Source of the DNA: Eledone cirrhosa
Taxonomy: Eukaryota
DNA length: 64,000 nt
Assembly (NCBI GenBank): GCA_964016885.1
Contig: OZ024743.1
Span: 152,520,001 to 152,584,000 of the forward strand
Direction: 5' to 3'
Position 1 is the stretch's first letter; each line of letters begins with the position of its first letter. The notes under the pieces are model-generated. The model was not told where the DNA came from and ran no database searches. It worked only from the letters and a program-made list of their open reading frames with translations. Shown in pieces: positions 25,817 to 38,822 of this stretch. A program made the translations under genes and the position numbers.

Positions 25817-27087
25817 CATCATCATCATCATCATCATCAACGTTTAACGTCCGTGTTCCACGCTCGCATGGGTTTGGACGGGGGTTTTCCCACTTGAGGC
25901 AAGAGTGATTATCTTGCTCGCATAGGACTATCTGGTGGGTTTTCTACAGCTGGATGCCCTTCCTAACACCAACCACATTTACAGTGTGGGGCTGGGAGGT
26001 TTTTACCGTGTTGCCTACACGGCCACATTACAGCGTGAACTGTGTGTTTTTTTGACGTGACACCTACACGATCTCATTTGTTTCGGCCTGGATGCTGTGG
26101 CACCAACATAACTTTACATTGAATGGGGCGGTGTGGATGGGGTGGGGGTGGTGGGACGGGGGGTGTATTTTGTTAGAGATGCCTACTGACTGTAGTAGGT
26201 TTTACTTTGTATTTAGGTAAGGCGGGTCTTTTCTATTACTGAGTACCGCCAGAGGTCTCGGTCCAGTGATATTGTCTTGGTGAGGTGTAAGTGTGTGAGG
26301 TCGGAATTTATCAGCTCGTCCCAGGTTTTTCTGGGTCTGCCTATTCCGTGGCTACCGTCTATCTTTATTGCCCTGCACTTTGTTATACAGCTATCGTCCT
26401 TCATGCGCATCACGTGACCATACCAACGTAGCCTTCTCTCGAGTAAACAACATCTGATCCCTCTTATTTCTAGTTTTTTCCTTAGTTCGTTTATGCTTTG
26501 CCGTTCACATATATTACTATTACACATCCAGCGGAGCATGCAAGCTTTGTTTCTCTCTAGTCTGCGTATATCCTCTGCACACAATGCCCAGGTCTCACTG
26601 TCATGCAACATTGTTGTTCGTATGCAGCCATCGTACAACCTGCCTTTCATTTTTAGGGAGAACCCTTTAGCGGCTAATAGTGGTATAAGCTCTCTGAACA
26701 TTTTCCATCCAGTTCTGACTCTAGCTACTGTACTTTCAGAGCACCCTCCCCCACTGCTGATTTTGTCACCCAGGTAACGGAAGTTGTCCACTATTTCTAT
26801 AGAACCCTCTGCGCAGTTGAAAGAGCTAGTATTTTGTGCGCACTTGCTGCTACTTATTGCACCAGAGCACCGGCCACATGTAAAATCTATGTTCTTAGTT
26901 AGCTTACCTGTGATCCCACTACATCTTTTATGCACCCATACTTTGCATTTGGGACACAAAATGGAGTTTCTACCTACGCCTTTCCTACACACTGAGCATG
27001 GCCACTTCCCGGAGGGGACCGCTACCTTATTTTCTTTCTTACAAACTAGAACTTTAGTCTTAGCCAGGTTAATTTTAAGGCCTTTTG

Positions 27088-27088
<1 letters not shown>
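25817..27088 (-). mobile_element. RTE LINE 3' fragment with intact frame (about 290 aa) and 3' UTR, (GAT)n tail
   Basis: [20 protein letters not shown]...MLHDSETW...[10 protein letters not shown]...GRPRKTW with stop at 26213; 5' end truncated in (TA)n. Confidence 0.92.
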
Positions 27089-27139
<51 letters not shown>

Positions 27140-27183
27140 ATACATATAAATATATATATATATATACATATACATACATATAA

Positions 27184-27224
<41 letters not shown>

Positions 27225-27225
27225 C

Positions 27226-27262
<37 letters not shown>

Positions 27263-27263
27263 C

Positions 27264-27304
<41 letters not shown>

Positions 27305-27527
27305 TACATATAAATATATATATATATATATATATACATACATATAAATATATATATATATATATACATACATATAAATATATATATATACATACATATA
27401 AATATATATATATACATACATATAAATATATATATATACATACATATAAATATATACATATATATATACATATAAACATATATATATATATATACATATA
27501 AATATATATATATATATATATACATAA

Positions 27528-27558
<31 letters not shown>

Positions 27559-27732
27559 CATACAAATATATATATATATATATATATATACATACACATA
27601 CAAATATATATATATATATATACATACAAATATATATATATGCATACATATAAATATATATATATACATAGATATAAATATATATATATACATACAAATA
27701 TATATATATACATACATACAAATATATATATA
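27089..27732. repeat. Long compound (TA)n/(TACATACATATAAA) microsatellite
   Basis: Direct inspection. Confidence 0.95.
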
Positions 27733-27846
27733 TGGTGGCTGCCAACTCATTTTCGAGTACGGCCACTGCTCTATATCCATGTAGGAGAACCCCTACCGAT
27801 GCGCTGAACGAGTGTGACTTTTTAGTCCAGCCAGCGACTTGAAAAC
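27733..27846 (-). mobile_element. Bipartite RTE derivative, copy 4 (3' 114 bp only)
   Basis: Matches 24685-24800. Confidence 0.8.
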
Positions 27847-28410
27847 ACACATACATACATAATACTTACATACACACTTACATACGTACATACATGCACA
27901 CACATATATACATAATTATTATGATTCATATACGCAATGTCCCATTTGCAAGCAATGGTTTCATGAACTAACAAAGCCCACAGAATTGCAAGTTATGAAT
28001 GTTAATCATATCTTCAGGCAAATGTGCATATAAACAGCTGAACAAAATATTGCAAAATGTCTCCTTCAGTCATATACATGTATATTCACCTGAGGCTATG
28101 TGTAACAACCTGTACAGCAGTTCTTTAGGCATTTTTATCTCATGAATCTATTGTCTGTTGCTTATAAATGGGATACTGTGTGTACCAACCATAATAAATA
28201 AATATTAGCTCTGTTTTTATATATAAGCCACTCTTTCTTGTTGATATAAGCACACACAAACACAGACACAGACACACACACATATATATATATACACACA
28301 AACACATGGACACACACACATATATGTGTGCTTGTGTGCGCGTGAGGCCTGGGTTCAATCGGAAGTAACCTTCGTAAGTAAGAGACTCAATACATAAGTA
28401 GAGTGTAAAC

Positions 28411-28550
28411 ATCATGTTTAATACAGAAATGGCTTCTACAGGACTAGAATTGTCTCATTCAAAAGAAATCATCAGGAAAGCTTTCCTGATGATTTCTTTT
28501 GAATGAAACAGTGCTAGTCCTGTAGAAGCCATTTCTATATTAAACTTGAT
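28411..28550. repeat. 140-bp palindrome (inverted Penelope-type pLTR remnant) containing a hammerhead
   Basis: Arms are symmetric about AAG|CTT (28480/28481) with few mismatches; abuts (TA)n. Confidence 0.85.
28482..28528 (+). ncRNA. Type I hammerhead ribozyme-like motif
   Basis: Stem I TTTC/GAAG, CTGATGA (28486-92), weak stem II TTC-TTTT-GAA with T.T closing, GAA, stem III ACAG/CTGT, NUH = GUA. Confidence 0.6.
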
Positions 28551-28880
28551 ATATATATATATATTGAATCAAAATTCAATGAATTAACAAAATCACGAAG
28601 TAAAGAAAATAATAGTTTCTTACTTTAGGCTTTCCCACATCCAGAATTGAAATACCTAAGACAGTGTATTTATAATGGGGATATTTAAAGATAGTGGTAT
28701 TTAAACCTAGGTGCAATTATAGCTGTGTCGTTAAGATGTTTGCTTCACTACTATGTGGTTATGGGTTTGATCCCACTGCATGACACCTTAGATAGGTGCT
28801 TTTGTTGAGCCAAAGCCATGTGGAATTTTGATGATGTAGACTTTTCAGAAACCCAACATATCTCTGTGTGTGTATTGTGG

Positions 28881-28899
<19 letters not shown>

Positions 28900-28919
<20 letters not shown>

Positions 28920-28955
28920 ATGAATATGAAGGTATATTGGTATGGAATATATATA

Positions 28956-28991
<36 letters not shown>

Positions 28992-29058
28992 TGTATGTAT
29001 GTATGTATGTATGTATGTATGTATGTATGTATGTATGTGTGTGTGTGTGTGTGTGTGT
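28900..29058. repeat. (TG)n, (TA)n, (TATG)n microsatellites
   Basis: Direct inspection. Confidence 0.95.
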
Positions 29059-29500
29059 ATTCGTGCATGAGACAAATACATCTTGTAGTGTTTTATTCTA
29101 TACTGCTATACTCCATTTTATGGCAAGACTTATTCTGCCCTTTATTTTACCTTTGAACCTGACAAAATATGTACTAGAATGAATCTAAGGGATGATTTAA
29201 GTGAATAAAAAGTTTGGAGATGGTGCCCTAGTATGGCCACAGTCTAATAACTGAAAACAGTATAAGAATAAAAGATTAAAATCCATGATGTAAATGTTCC
29301 ATACTACCCTTAACGAATGCACTTAACTTCAATCTAGCTACCAATTAAGTGCTATTTGTGTTGCTCTCGTCTTGTCTTGTCTGAATTAAATTATCTAGGT
29401 TAGAAGTGTGTGGATAAATAGTCTGACCCTAGGCTATACCAAATTTTATTTCAAAATAGAAGTTCTTTGCCTGGTTTTGTCTCATAGAGTTACTCGGAAC

Positions 29501-29565
<65 letters not shown>

Positions 29566-29644
29566 AGCTATATGTGTAACTATATGTATAGTCAAAATAT
29601 CAATCATCAATCAATATGTCTTCATCAATCAATATTTACTTCTG

Positions 29645-29890
29645 ATGGTAGTAGAATGGCAGAAACAAGCAGAGTACTGAAATAAATACTTTACTGTATT
29701 TAGTTTCACTTCGTTATGAATTCCATTTACTACGTTATGAGTTCAAATCCCGTGAGGACGAATATTTGGCTTTTATCCTTTCAGAATCGATTAAAATAAA
29801 TGTACTAGGAATGCACTAGAATATATTCAATCGACTATACTCCTTCTCTTCAAATTTATGGCGTTGAGCCAATATGAGAAATCAATATTT
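29645..29890 (+). mobile_element. Diverged tRNA-derived SINE
   Basis: GAGTTCAAATCCC B-box and a degenerate body and tail of the main family. Confidence 0.65.
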
Positions 29891-31348
29891 ATATATTTCA
29901 TGTCAGACAGATAAATAAATTTGTTGATGCAGATCATCACTAGATTCCTCTTATACTGCTGTTTCACTCAGATAAATAAATTGCTTGTTCTGGCCAATGG
30001 ATAATTAGCTTTACCATAATTAGGAAAGTGTATTTCCATGCCTTAAACACGGTATAATTTGAACTCAAATCACTTAGTCAACGGAACAATGATTCATAGT
30101 TAATGCTCTCTTATAGCTCACAAAAGAAAGCTACACTTCGTCAGTGAAAGTGAAATTACTTTTGTTATCAAGAGAGACTTTCTACTCTTGTCACAAAATA
30201 ATTCAAGAGAAGTGAATATGACAGTACATGTATCTCTTAAGTAGCTCACAAGTTTAGTTTCAACACATAATCTCTTATTAAATCATTTGCAAAACAAGTG
30301 CAACTTATGAATCTATTGCCTCATCTCAATATTACCTTTTGCACCACAAAGATATTCTTTACATGGTTGCGTGATATGCTGTTGTTTCTGGTGTCCTGTT
30401 TTTTGTGGGCAGAAAGTTATCAAGTGTTTGACACCACCACATCAATGATATTTCTACCATCAACTAGAACACAGTGCTCCACTTCACTCGTCAAGCCGAA
30501 TAATCTGGAATCTTTACTGGGCACTAATTTGACTTAGAGTACAATCTCAAAAGTGATCCTGTTGAGTTTTCTTTGCATCCAGGAGCATATCATTCCCTCT
30601 GGGGACAACACTGGCCAGGATCCACCCGATATCCAATTTCAGTAGAACATCTAAAATACTTCGCCTTATTGTTCTTCTTAAATTAGAAGAGAAAAGATTG
30701 TAATCATTGCTGTGACAGGGGACCATATAAGATCAGCACTTTTGAAAAATACACACCACACTTCTGAACTGCCTTGCCCTGGTGGCATATTCTATATAGG
30801 GTCATAATTCTTTCAATGCTTTCTCAATTTGAGTGTGTGGTGATTTTGTTCGGTGTTCTGCTTTATTTTTGACATACATCAGTACAAAACAGTTTTTTCT
30901 GGCAGTTGCTGTCAACGCCTCCAATTGCCAATTGAATTTTCTTCCCCTCCATTTTTATTAATTTGGATGACTGTACAAGGGATAAGTCTTTGCTGAATAG
31001 GAGGATTCTGAAGAACTCCACTGATTTTGCTTTTATAGATGCAAAAGTATCCTTGTTGTTTGTTACCTGCTCTGTCGATTATAATAATGTAGCTGTTATT
31101 GGTGGTGATGAAGGGTTTTGTTTTGTTGTTGTTGTTGTTCATACTGTTGCCATTAGTGTTGTTTCTGTCATTGACATTGTTATTTTTAATGAAGGCGTCT
31201 TTCTGAATGCATTTTAACAAAATTATGTTACTTTTGGGGTTTAAACTTTTATTATGCTTTTAGTATTGTTACTGATGTTTGAACTGGTAATTTTTGTTGG
31301 TGTGGCAGTGGTATCAGCAACTGTCATTTCTTGAAGATTGCTGTTATT

Positions 31349-31386
<38 letters not shown>

Positions 31387-31661
31387 AAAAGAGAGAGTGA
31401 GAGAGTAGGGGGACCTGCCAGAACCCTCCTCTCTTTCCTCTATTGTGATGCCATAATAGAACAATGGAAAATTTTTAGAAACATTTTTTAAAATAAGAAG
31501 TTTCCCATTAGAGTCAAAAGCTTAAGGATTGTTCCTCATTTATTAATGACCTTATTCATGATGTTTGATTTATTTTGCAAATCAATGTGTCAGAAAACAA
31601 GTTACAAGGGACAATGTTCAGAAGCAAAGTAATAGCTTGCTCTATGTAAACACATAAAAAA

Positions 31662-32115
31662 TAATTGTTTCTACTTTTGGCACAAGGCCAGCAATTACTC
31701 AGTGCATTACTGGTACTTTATTTTATCGACCCCGTAAGGATGAAGGCAAAGTTAACCTCGGCGGGATTTGAACTCAGACCGTAAAGGGACGTAACTATGC
31801 TGGAAAGTATGGCGTCCGACCCTCTACCGATACTGCCAATCCAGAAAATAATGGTTTCTAGTTGAGGCAGAAGGCTAGCAATTTCTGGGTGGAGTATGTC
31901 GATAATATCAACCCTAGTACATGACTGGTATCTTATTTGATCGACCTCGGAAGTGTGAAAGACGAAGTTGAACTCAGCACCTTAACAAATACGAAAATGA
32001 TAATAATAACTGTTTCTACTTTTTGGCACAAGGCCAGCAATTACCCAGTACATTACTGGTACTTTATTTTATCGACCCCGAAAGGATGAAAGGCAAAGTT
32101 AACCTCGGCAGGATT
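31662..32115 (-). mobile_element. Cluster of three SINE copies (one near full, two partial)
   Basis: TTTCTA..GGCA(C/G)AAGGC tails at about 31668, 31855 and 32013. Confidence 0.85.
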
Positions 32116-32244
32116 TTAATAATAACAGCAAACAACAACATCAATAATAACAATACTAATGGCTTAACATTTAAATACAAGGCCAACAATTTTGAAGGTG
32201 GGTAAATCAATTACATCGTTCTCAGTACCTGACTGGTACTTCAC

Positions 32245-32700
32245 CTCTCCTCTCCCAGATTTCTCTTCAAGTGGAACTTAAATAAGTTGCTGAGGGTATA
32301 ACTTAAAGAGGAAGTGTCATCAGACCTTTCAGTTTGTCTCCCATATAATTTCTTTCATCATGATCACCACACATAGTTAAACTGCTTGTACTTCCTAACT
32401 AAAAAGCTGGTGCAACGATACTCACAATAGACTGATAGCAGGATCCATTTTACACCCAACAACAGCTGTTTGATGTAACCTTACAACTCTTGGTTACTGG
32501 ACAAGTGTATGCAAAATGGTTTTATTGCCTTGTTTGCATCTCAAAATGGCCTAGTTGATGATGCTGTGATGCCCGTAGAGATTATTTTGAACTGGCAATG
32601 GTAGCAATGCCAAGCCTCAGATGTAATCACTGGGTTGAAAAAATTCTTCTGGAAGATTTTCATCTTTGGCTAAAATTTTTCTGATTAATCACCCCTAATG
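32245..32700 (-). mobile_element. Old decayed L1/Tx1-like 3' fragment
   Basis: CTCTTCAAGTGGAACTT..AAGTT...CCTTTCAG.TTGTC..CATA..ATTTCTTTC aligns by eye with 51445-51570. Confidence 0.55.
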
Positions 32701-33107
32701 CACCATAGAATGCAAAGGTTGGTGAATAATGGTTTTTAATTTAGGAACAAGGCCAACAATTTTTAGGGATTGGAAAAGTCAATTATGCCAACACAAGTAC
32801 CTGATTGGTACTGTAATTTATTGAAGCAGGATTTAAGACAAAGTTGACCATGGCGGGATTTGAACTCAGAACATAATGATCTGCAACAAATACTTAAGGC
32901 ATTTCCCTGGATACTTTAACAATTCTGATGTCTAATATAAGCAGAATGCCATATATTTTCTGTGAGGAGAACAGTTGATTCAATAAACATATTACTTGAC
33001 TGAAATATATTATATTGATCCAAGGATGAAAAGTATAGTTGACTATGGTATGCGTAAACACATCAAAGCATCTTTGTTTGCTGCTCTACCGATTCTGTCA
33101 TTCATAA

Positions 33108-33388
33108 TCTATATTATAACAAGAGCACTGTATGTCTGTCCATCCCTCCAGTCATCCCTCTGTCCATCATGCTTACTTTATATAGAGAGGTGGAGCGCCA
33201 AGCAAGACATATGTACATAGCTAGAGAAAATGAAATGCCATGTGTTTTCAAGGTGACAGAACGAGGTAGATAGATAGAAGGTTACACCCTCATCTATATA
33301 TAGAGAGGGTGAGTACCAAGCAAGAGATATGTTCATAGATAGAGAAGAACGTAATTTGTTTAGAGGGAGAGACGTCGCCCTCATCTAG
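33108..33388 (+). mobile_element. Non-autonomous Helitron (281 bp)
   Basis: A|TC 5' end, subterminal hairpin GAGGG..CCCTC (33363-33382), CTAG|T 3' end, no TSD, internal direct repeat. Confidence 0.7.
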
Positions 33389-34855
33389 TAATAATTATGG
33401 TTTCTTTCTCAAATATTCACAAAACAAGACATTTAGGGAAGAGAAGACTCATTTATATTGACTCCGTTACATGAAAGTCAAATGCACCAAATAATAATAA
33501 ACAGGGTGCGTGTTTAATCATTGGCAAAACTAACTGTTCTAAAAGACATATAACATCTGATATAGATTTTACAGTTAAAGTTGGCTTAATACTTTCTTTG
33601 AGAAGTCTGCTTGACCAAATATTGACTATCAATAGAGTGTCCTATAAATATAGCAGTATTGCAACACGATTTATATATGAAAGCCTGACAAACTTATGGG
33701 ACACATTATGTGTACATCTACAAGGGTTTTTGTCATTAATCGTAATCGTATACAAACATACACTTACCCTGTTTGTCTTGTAAATATGGCATATTGTTAA
33801 TGGCTATTCAATTAATGAGTTGTTTTATTTTGCTTGTGTTTGTATGTGTATGAGAAGAGAGAGATTATCTTTATCTAATATATATATATTATCTAGGATA
33901 TACTGACATAAGGTAACTATTAGCTGTTGAGCATCGTAAAAAGAAAACAACAAAAATGTTTCAATATTTAGAAACATCAAGACAGTATACACAACAAAAA
34001 TTGTATAAATATTTACTATGTCGAATTGATTATGTCACTGATATCCTTCCATACTTAATCCACATGTTCAGCAGTTGGACAAAATTCTCAATTTAATCAT
34101 GCTTTACTTAGAATTTAATTCTTTCTGCATTGTGTACCATATTGGGCATTAAGCTTCAACCAATGCACATGATCTCTATCTCTCTTTTGCAGGTGGTTTG
34201 ACGACATTCATATCATCTTGAAATGTCCACTGTCATGTGATCTCTCGTCTACTCCTTTGCTGGGTCCAATTCATTGCTGGTGAGTGGGTAGATGGAGAAT
34301 ATGACCAATCAGACATGACTGTCACTCGATAATTATCTCTTGCAGAAGTAGTGACTTAGGTCTCCTCATGATCTCTTCATTTGCAATCCATCATGTTAAT
34401 TGAATACTCTAAACATCTTATAATCTGTCTTCTAGCAGATCAATCTAATTAGCTATTATTATATTAAATTATTTTACTCATAAAATAATTCAATTAGGAA
34501 CTAACTGAGGATTATGTGAAAAAACGTTTTAATAAGTAAAAATTACGAATTTAAGCTAACATTATCAAAAAGATAATATTTCTAAAAATATTTAATATAA
34601 AAGGTAAAACAGTCCAATAATATTCACAGAAATTTAATATTCCAGGCAGATTTTAAGAATTAGAGTGAATGTATAAATAACAATGTTATGCAGTCAAACA
34701 AACAAGCAAAATGAATTGAAAATTAAATTGTTTTTTCAACAACTAACTCCATGTAGATTTTAAGAATTCCTGTTTTTACTCATTTGATTTCATATAATTT
34801 CTTTCATATGCTATTTGAGAAAAACTTCTATGTTACAGAGAGTGGGGTGGGGGTG

Positions 34856-34897
<42 letters not shown>

Positions 34898-35317
34898 AAG
34901 AGGAGAATTAAGGAGAGCGAAAACAAGATTTGGGTGGCATATGTAATTTGGTGGTCGCTAAAACACTGGGTGTAAATGAAGTGAGCATTTCCAACCATAA
35001 ACAGAAATGCAGTCCATAAATTAAGAGTAGGCTATGAGTTTAGGAAACAATTCAATGTGTAAGTTGGTGTCAGATATTTCTTTGTAGTTCACCAAGGCTT
35101 AACAGGGAAGTGTAAAACCACTTTGCTTTGGAACACCTATATGTTGTGCCTGTAGATGATTTGGAGAATAGACTTGTAAACAGCTATACTCAAAGGCCTC
35201 GAAATAAACTTAGAAATTAAAGTCTTTGCAAGTAAGAAAGAAAACAAGATGTTGCAGTCACAAGGGAAATGGCCATGCTTAATATTCTGAAAGGGTGCGG
35301 GGAAATATTCCATGTAG

Positions 35318-35494
35318 CAGGCATGTCAAACATGTGGCCCGCAGGCTGCATGCCGCCCTTTACAAGCACACCTGCGGCCCGCACATTAGTTGTAAAATTA
35401 GTTGTAATGTGCACAATTAATTGTTGTGTGCGGCCCTCAGACAACACATATGTGACCCATGTGGCCCTTGGGGCCCCTCAGTTTGACATGCTTG
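35318..35494. mobile_element. hAT-family MITE (177 bp)
   Basis: TIRs CAGGCATGTCAAAC / GTTTGACATGCTTG; 8-bp TSD CCATGTAG / CCATATAG; subterminal G(C/T)GGCCC repeats. Confidence 0.88.
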
Positions 35495-36290
35495 CCATAT
35501 AGTGTACTCAGAGTAAACTATTGGGCACAAGAAGTATACAAACAAGCTAACAAAAAAGAGAGTATTTGTGAGGCTGACACAGAGGATTAGTTAGCATTAA
35601 GAGTATCAGTCAAATAAACTCCAAGGAAAGCTCCATAGAAGTAGTTGATAGGTTATGTTACTTTAATAATCTAACTAGAAGAGACAGAATGTGCTCTGAA
35701 AGCACATCAGTCAGAATAAGGACAGGGCAGAAAAAGATTGGTTATGAAGGAATTCTCTTTTTGCGTGATTAGTAGATTGTATGATGTCCAGAGTTGCATG
35801 GTAGCAAGGTAGAGGCATTGAATGTAGAAGTTATGTGGTTTCAAATGAATTGAATTTAGCATGCTCTGTTGGATGTGTAATATTAGTGTGTAAAATATGC
35901 ACACACACCTCTACTTTTCCATTCACAATTCTGTATACATGCACTCCCTTATATTAACATACTTTTGCTCACAGCTTTGTACTTACAAGCATACACACAC
36001 GCTCTTTTACTTATTATACACTCACCTATCCTCTTAGCTTCATCCGGACGTATAATAACACACACATATACACATACACATATGTATGCACATACATATA
36101 GCTCTATGTACAAAAAGTTCTTTTTTTTTCCATCATCCACTTTTCTAAAAAAAGTATATCATACACAAAACGCAAACTTCAACAGTTTTTCAAGAGATGG
36201 AAACATGAATGTACCTGTTATTTTTCTCTAAAAAGTTTTTTCCTTGATTCCGCCCTGCCCATCCCTCCAATCCTTCTAATTTCTTATTCT

Positions 36291-36327
36291 TTCTTCTGAT
36301 GAAGGACTAGCTTCCGAAACGTTAAAA
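36291..36327 (+). ncRNA. Minimal type I hammerhead (solo Penelope-type remnant)
   Basis: CTGATGA+A, stem II GGA/TCC, GAAAC, palindromic stem III AACGTT, NUH = GUU, imperfect stem I TCTT/AAAA. Confidence 0.7.
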
Positions 36328-36807
36328 CACTCTCCCTGCTATTTCAACCGTTAAACTAATATATCAGTATACTTTGAAACAGCGAGTGCGTTTGAAGTTA
36401 GAAATAGAAACTTTCGCTGTATCTTTTGTAATTTCAACCGTATTTTAAAGAAATTTTAGCCATATAGTGGAGTTTAGAACCCTCTAAGAAATGGGAAAAG
36501 ATGAGTATTGACGTACATGGGAGACAAACCCGTATCTTTGGTTATCCAGACCACTGTGCTACCATTACCCCAACACATCACCTAACTCCTTCCATTCAAA
36601 TTAGAAGTTACATTATTAGCAGTATAATGACAAGTAAGTATGTTTTGAAACAGCGAGCAAGTTTGAAATTAGAACTAGAAGCTTTCGTCGTATTCTTTTT
36701 ACTAAAGAAATTTCAGCCTGATAGTGTATGTCAGTACTCATCTTTTTCCATTTCTTAGAGGGTTCTAAAACCCACTATCAGGCTAAAATTGCTTTAGTAA
36801 AAAAAAA

Positions 36808-36854
<47 letters not shown>

Positions 36855-36859
36855 TATAC

Positions 36860-36917
<58 letters not shown>

Positions 36918-37822
36918 TGTTAAACATATTGATAATTAGGGTTGGATATGCAACGCACCAATCAGTGAGTAATGAAGCAATTCGATTTAAGCACTCAACA
37001 TCATATATTTTCTGCCAACTATGATTTGTCAGTAAGTGACGAAGGATATGTAGAATAGGGAAAATATGAAGTTCGGTGTTGATTTTAAAAAGTCCTTTAT
37101 TAACAAAGCTGTGATACATATTTGAATGGCAATCGTGGCTACATGATTGTTCAATCATATAACCAGTCACACGATATCACCAGACAACATCTTATGTAAT
37201 AAGGTTATGTTTCCAAGGCAATCCAATTTGAACAGAAGTGAATGGACAGAAATGCTGATTTCATAGCCGAATTTCATTCCTTTGTGAACTTTAGATCCTC
37301 TCTACAACTTTGCGCAAACCTGAAGCTGGAGGACTGACTGACTCTCCGCCTATCATCCACTTCCTGCAAGTAGCTAGGGCTACACACAGAGACCAGCCTA
37401 TGTCACATACCAAGCCTCCGCCACCATAGCTGGTGAGAAACTACAGTTACAGAGTTCAATTCATCCCAAGATGCTTTAGTTAGCTGTTTTACAGCTTCCC
37501 TTGTTTCCTATTATCCATTTTTTCTTGTTTTCTTATGCATAATCAGCCTCCCATTGGCCTTCAATATTGAAATTTTAATTTTTATTTTTATGTCTTTTTT
37601 CTCTTTTTTAATTTTTTTATTGTCTCACTAGCTCTTTTTGAGTAAGTAGTCTATTTTTGTAAGGAGTACTCTATACTTCCCCATATCTGTCATGGCTTAC
37701 TAGCTCTATACGGATGTTTAAATTGAATAAATAAATAATTATTGTTATGCTCTCACACCAGTCAGTCAGAAATCATGTGGTGACATGCGTGCATCTCCCT
37801 GCCTACTACCATTATTTTATGG

Positions 37823-38003
37823 TGGGCGGTGGATTGGTAGTATTGGTAGTGGGTCGGACGCCATGCTTTGCAGCAAAGAGTTACGGCCCTTTATGGTCTG
37901 AGTTCAAATCCCGCCGAGGTTAACTTTGCCTTTCATCCTTACAGGGTCGATAAAATAAAGTACCAGTAATTGCTGGCCTTGTGCCAAAAGTAGAAACAAT
38001 TAT
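37823..38003 (+). mobile_element. tRNA-derived SINE with TSD
   Basis: Family match; TSD ATTATTTTATGGTGGG on both sides. Confidence 0.92.
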
Positions 38004-38749
38004 TTTATGGTGGGACAACATATGTCATCACGTTGATCGTAAAAGCTTATATTGATGAGTGAATTATTGTTTAACTCCTAATCAACATACGTGGATAGAT
38101 AAATTTATGCTAGAGTCTAAAAATTAGAATTCCAAGTTGAAATTTAAAAAATTAGAACTTTAGAATTAATATTTTAAAATAATAAATGAGGAGATGTATA
38201 AATTAGTGTTAGAAATTAGGGTTCAGCATTGAGCATTAAATATTCAGAACTAATGATTAACAAATAAATGTTATGAGTTAAAAAAAATAAAAAATAAGTA
38301 GTGTCCTAATATATGAAGTACATGACCTATATAATGCACAAGAGATAGGTTGAGAAACTTATTAATTTAGTTACTAATAAACTCAAATGAGAAAAGAACC
38401 AATAACCAAATATGGTAGAGAAATTTACAGCATAATGGGTAATAATTAATCAATTGATTAGTTAATATCTCAGTCAAGTAATTAAATAATAATGAAAAAA
38501 AAACATGAAAACAAAAAGAAAACGAAAAATGAAATATTTGTATGGTTAAACATGTTTATTAATATGGGTTGTGTATGCAATGCACGAATTGGTAAATTAT
38601 GATGCTATTCGATTTATGCACGCAATATCATGTATTTTAGATATATGATTGAACAATCACTTAGCCAAGATCGCCATTGAAATATATACCACATCTTTGT
38701 TATTATAGGACTTTTTAACATTTACACTAAACGTGACATTTTCTTTACG

Positions 38750-38815
<66 letters not shown>

Positions 38816-38822
<7 letters not shown>

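Noticed and set aside
26125-26165. G-quadruplex-like tract (also about 50897-50937 and 57650-57680)
   Set aside because: It is part of LINE UTRs, with no independent evidence of function.
26213-27856. 547-aa ORF as a real gene
   Set aside because: The N-terminal half is translated (TA)n (YI repeats); only 26213-27088 is RTE-derived.
28411-28550. pre-miRNA hairpin (also 38816-38939)
   Set aside because: These are near-perfect, loop-less stems with hammerhead motifs in TA tracts, better explained as transposon foldbacks.
30300-30910. Possible decayed LINE fragment on minus strand
   Set aside because: It has only faint resemblance to Tx1-like motifs and could not be supported.
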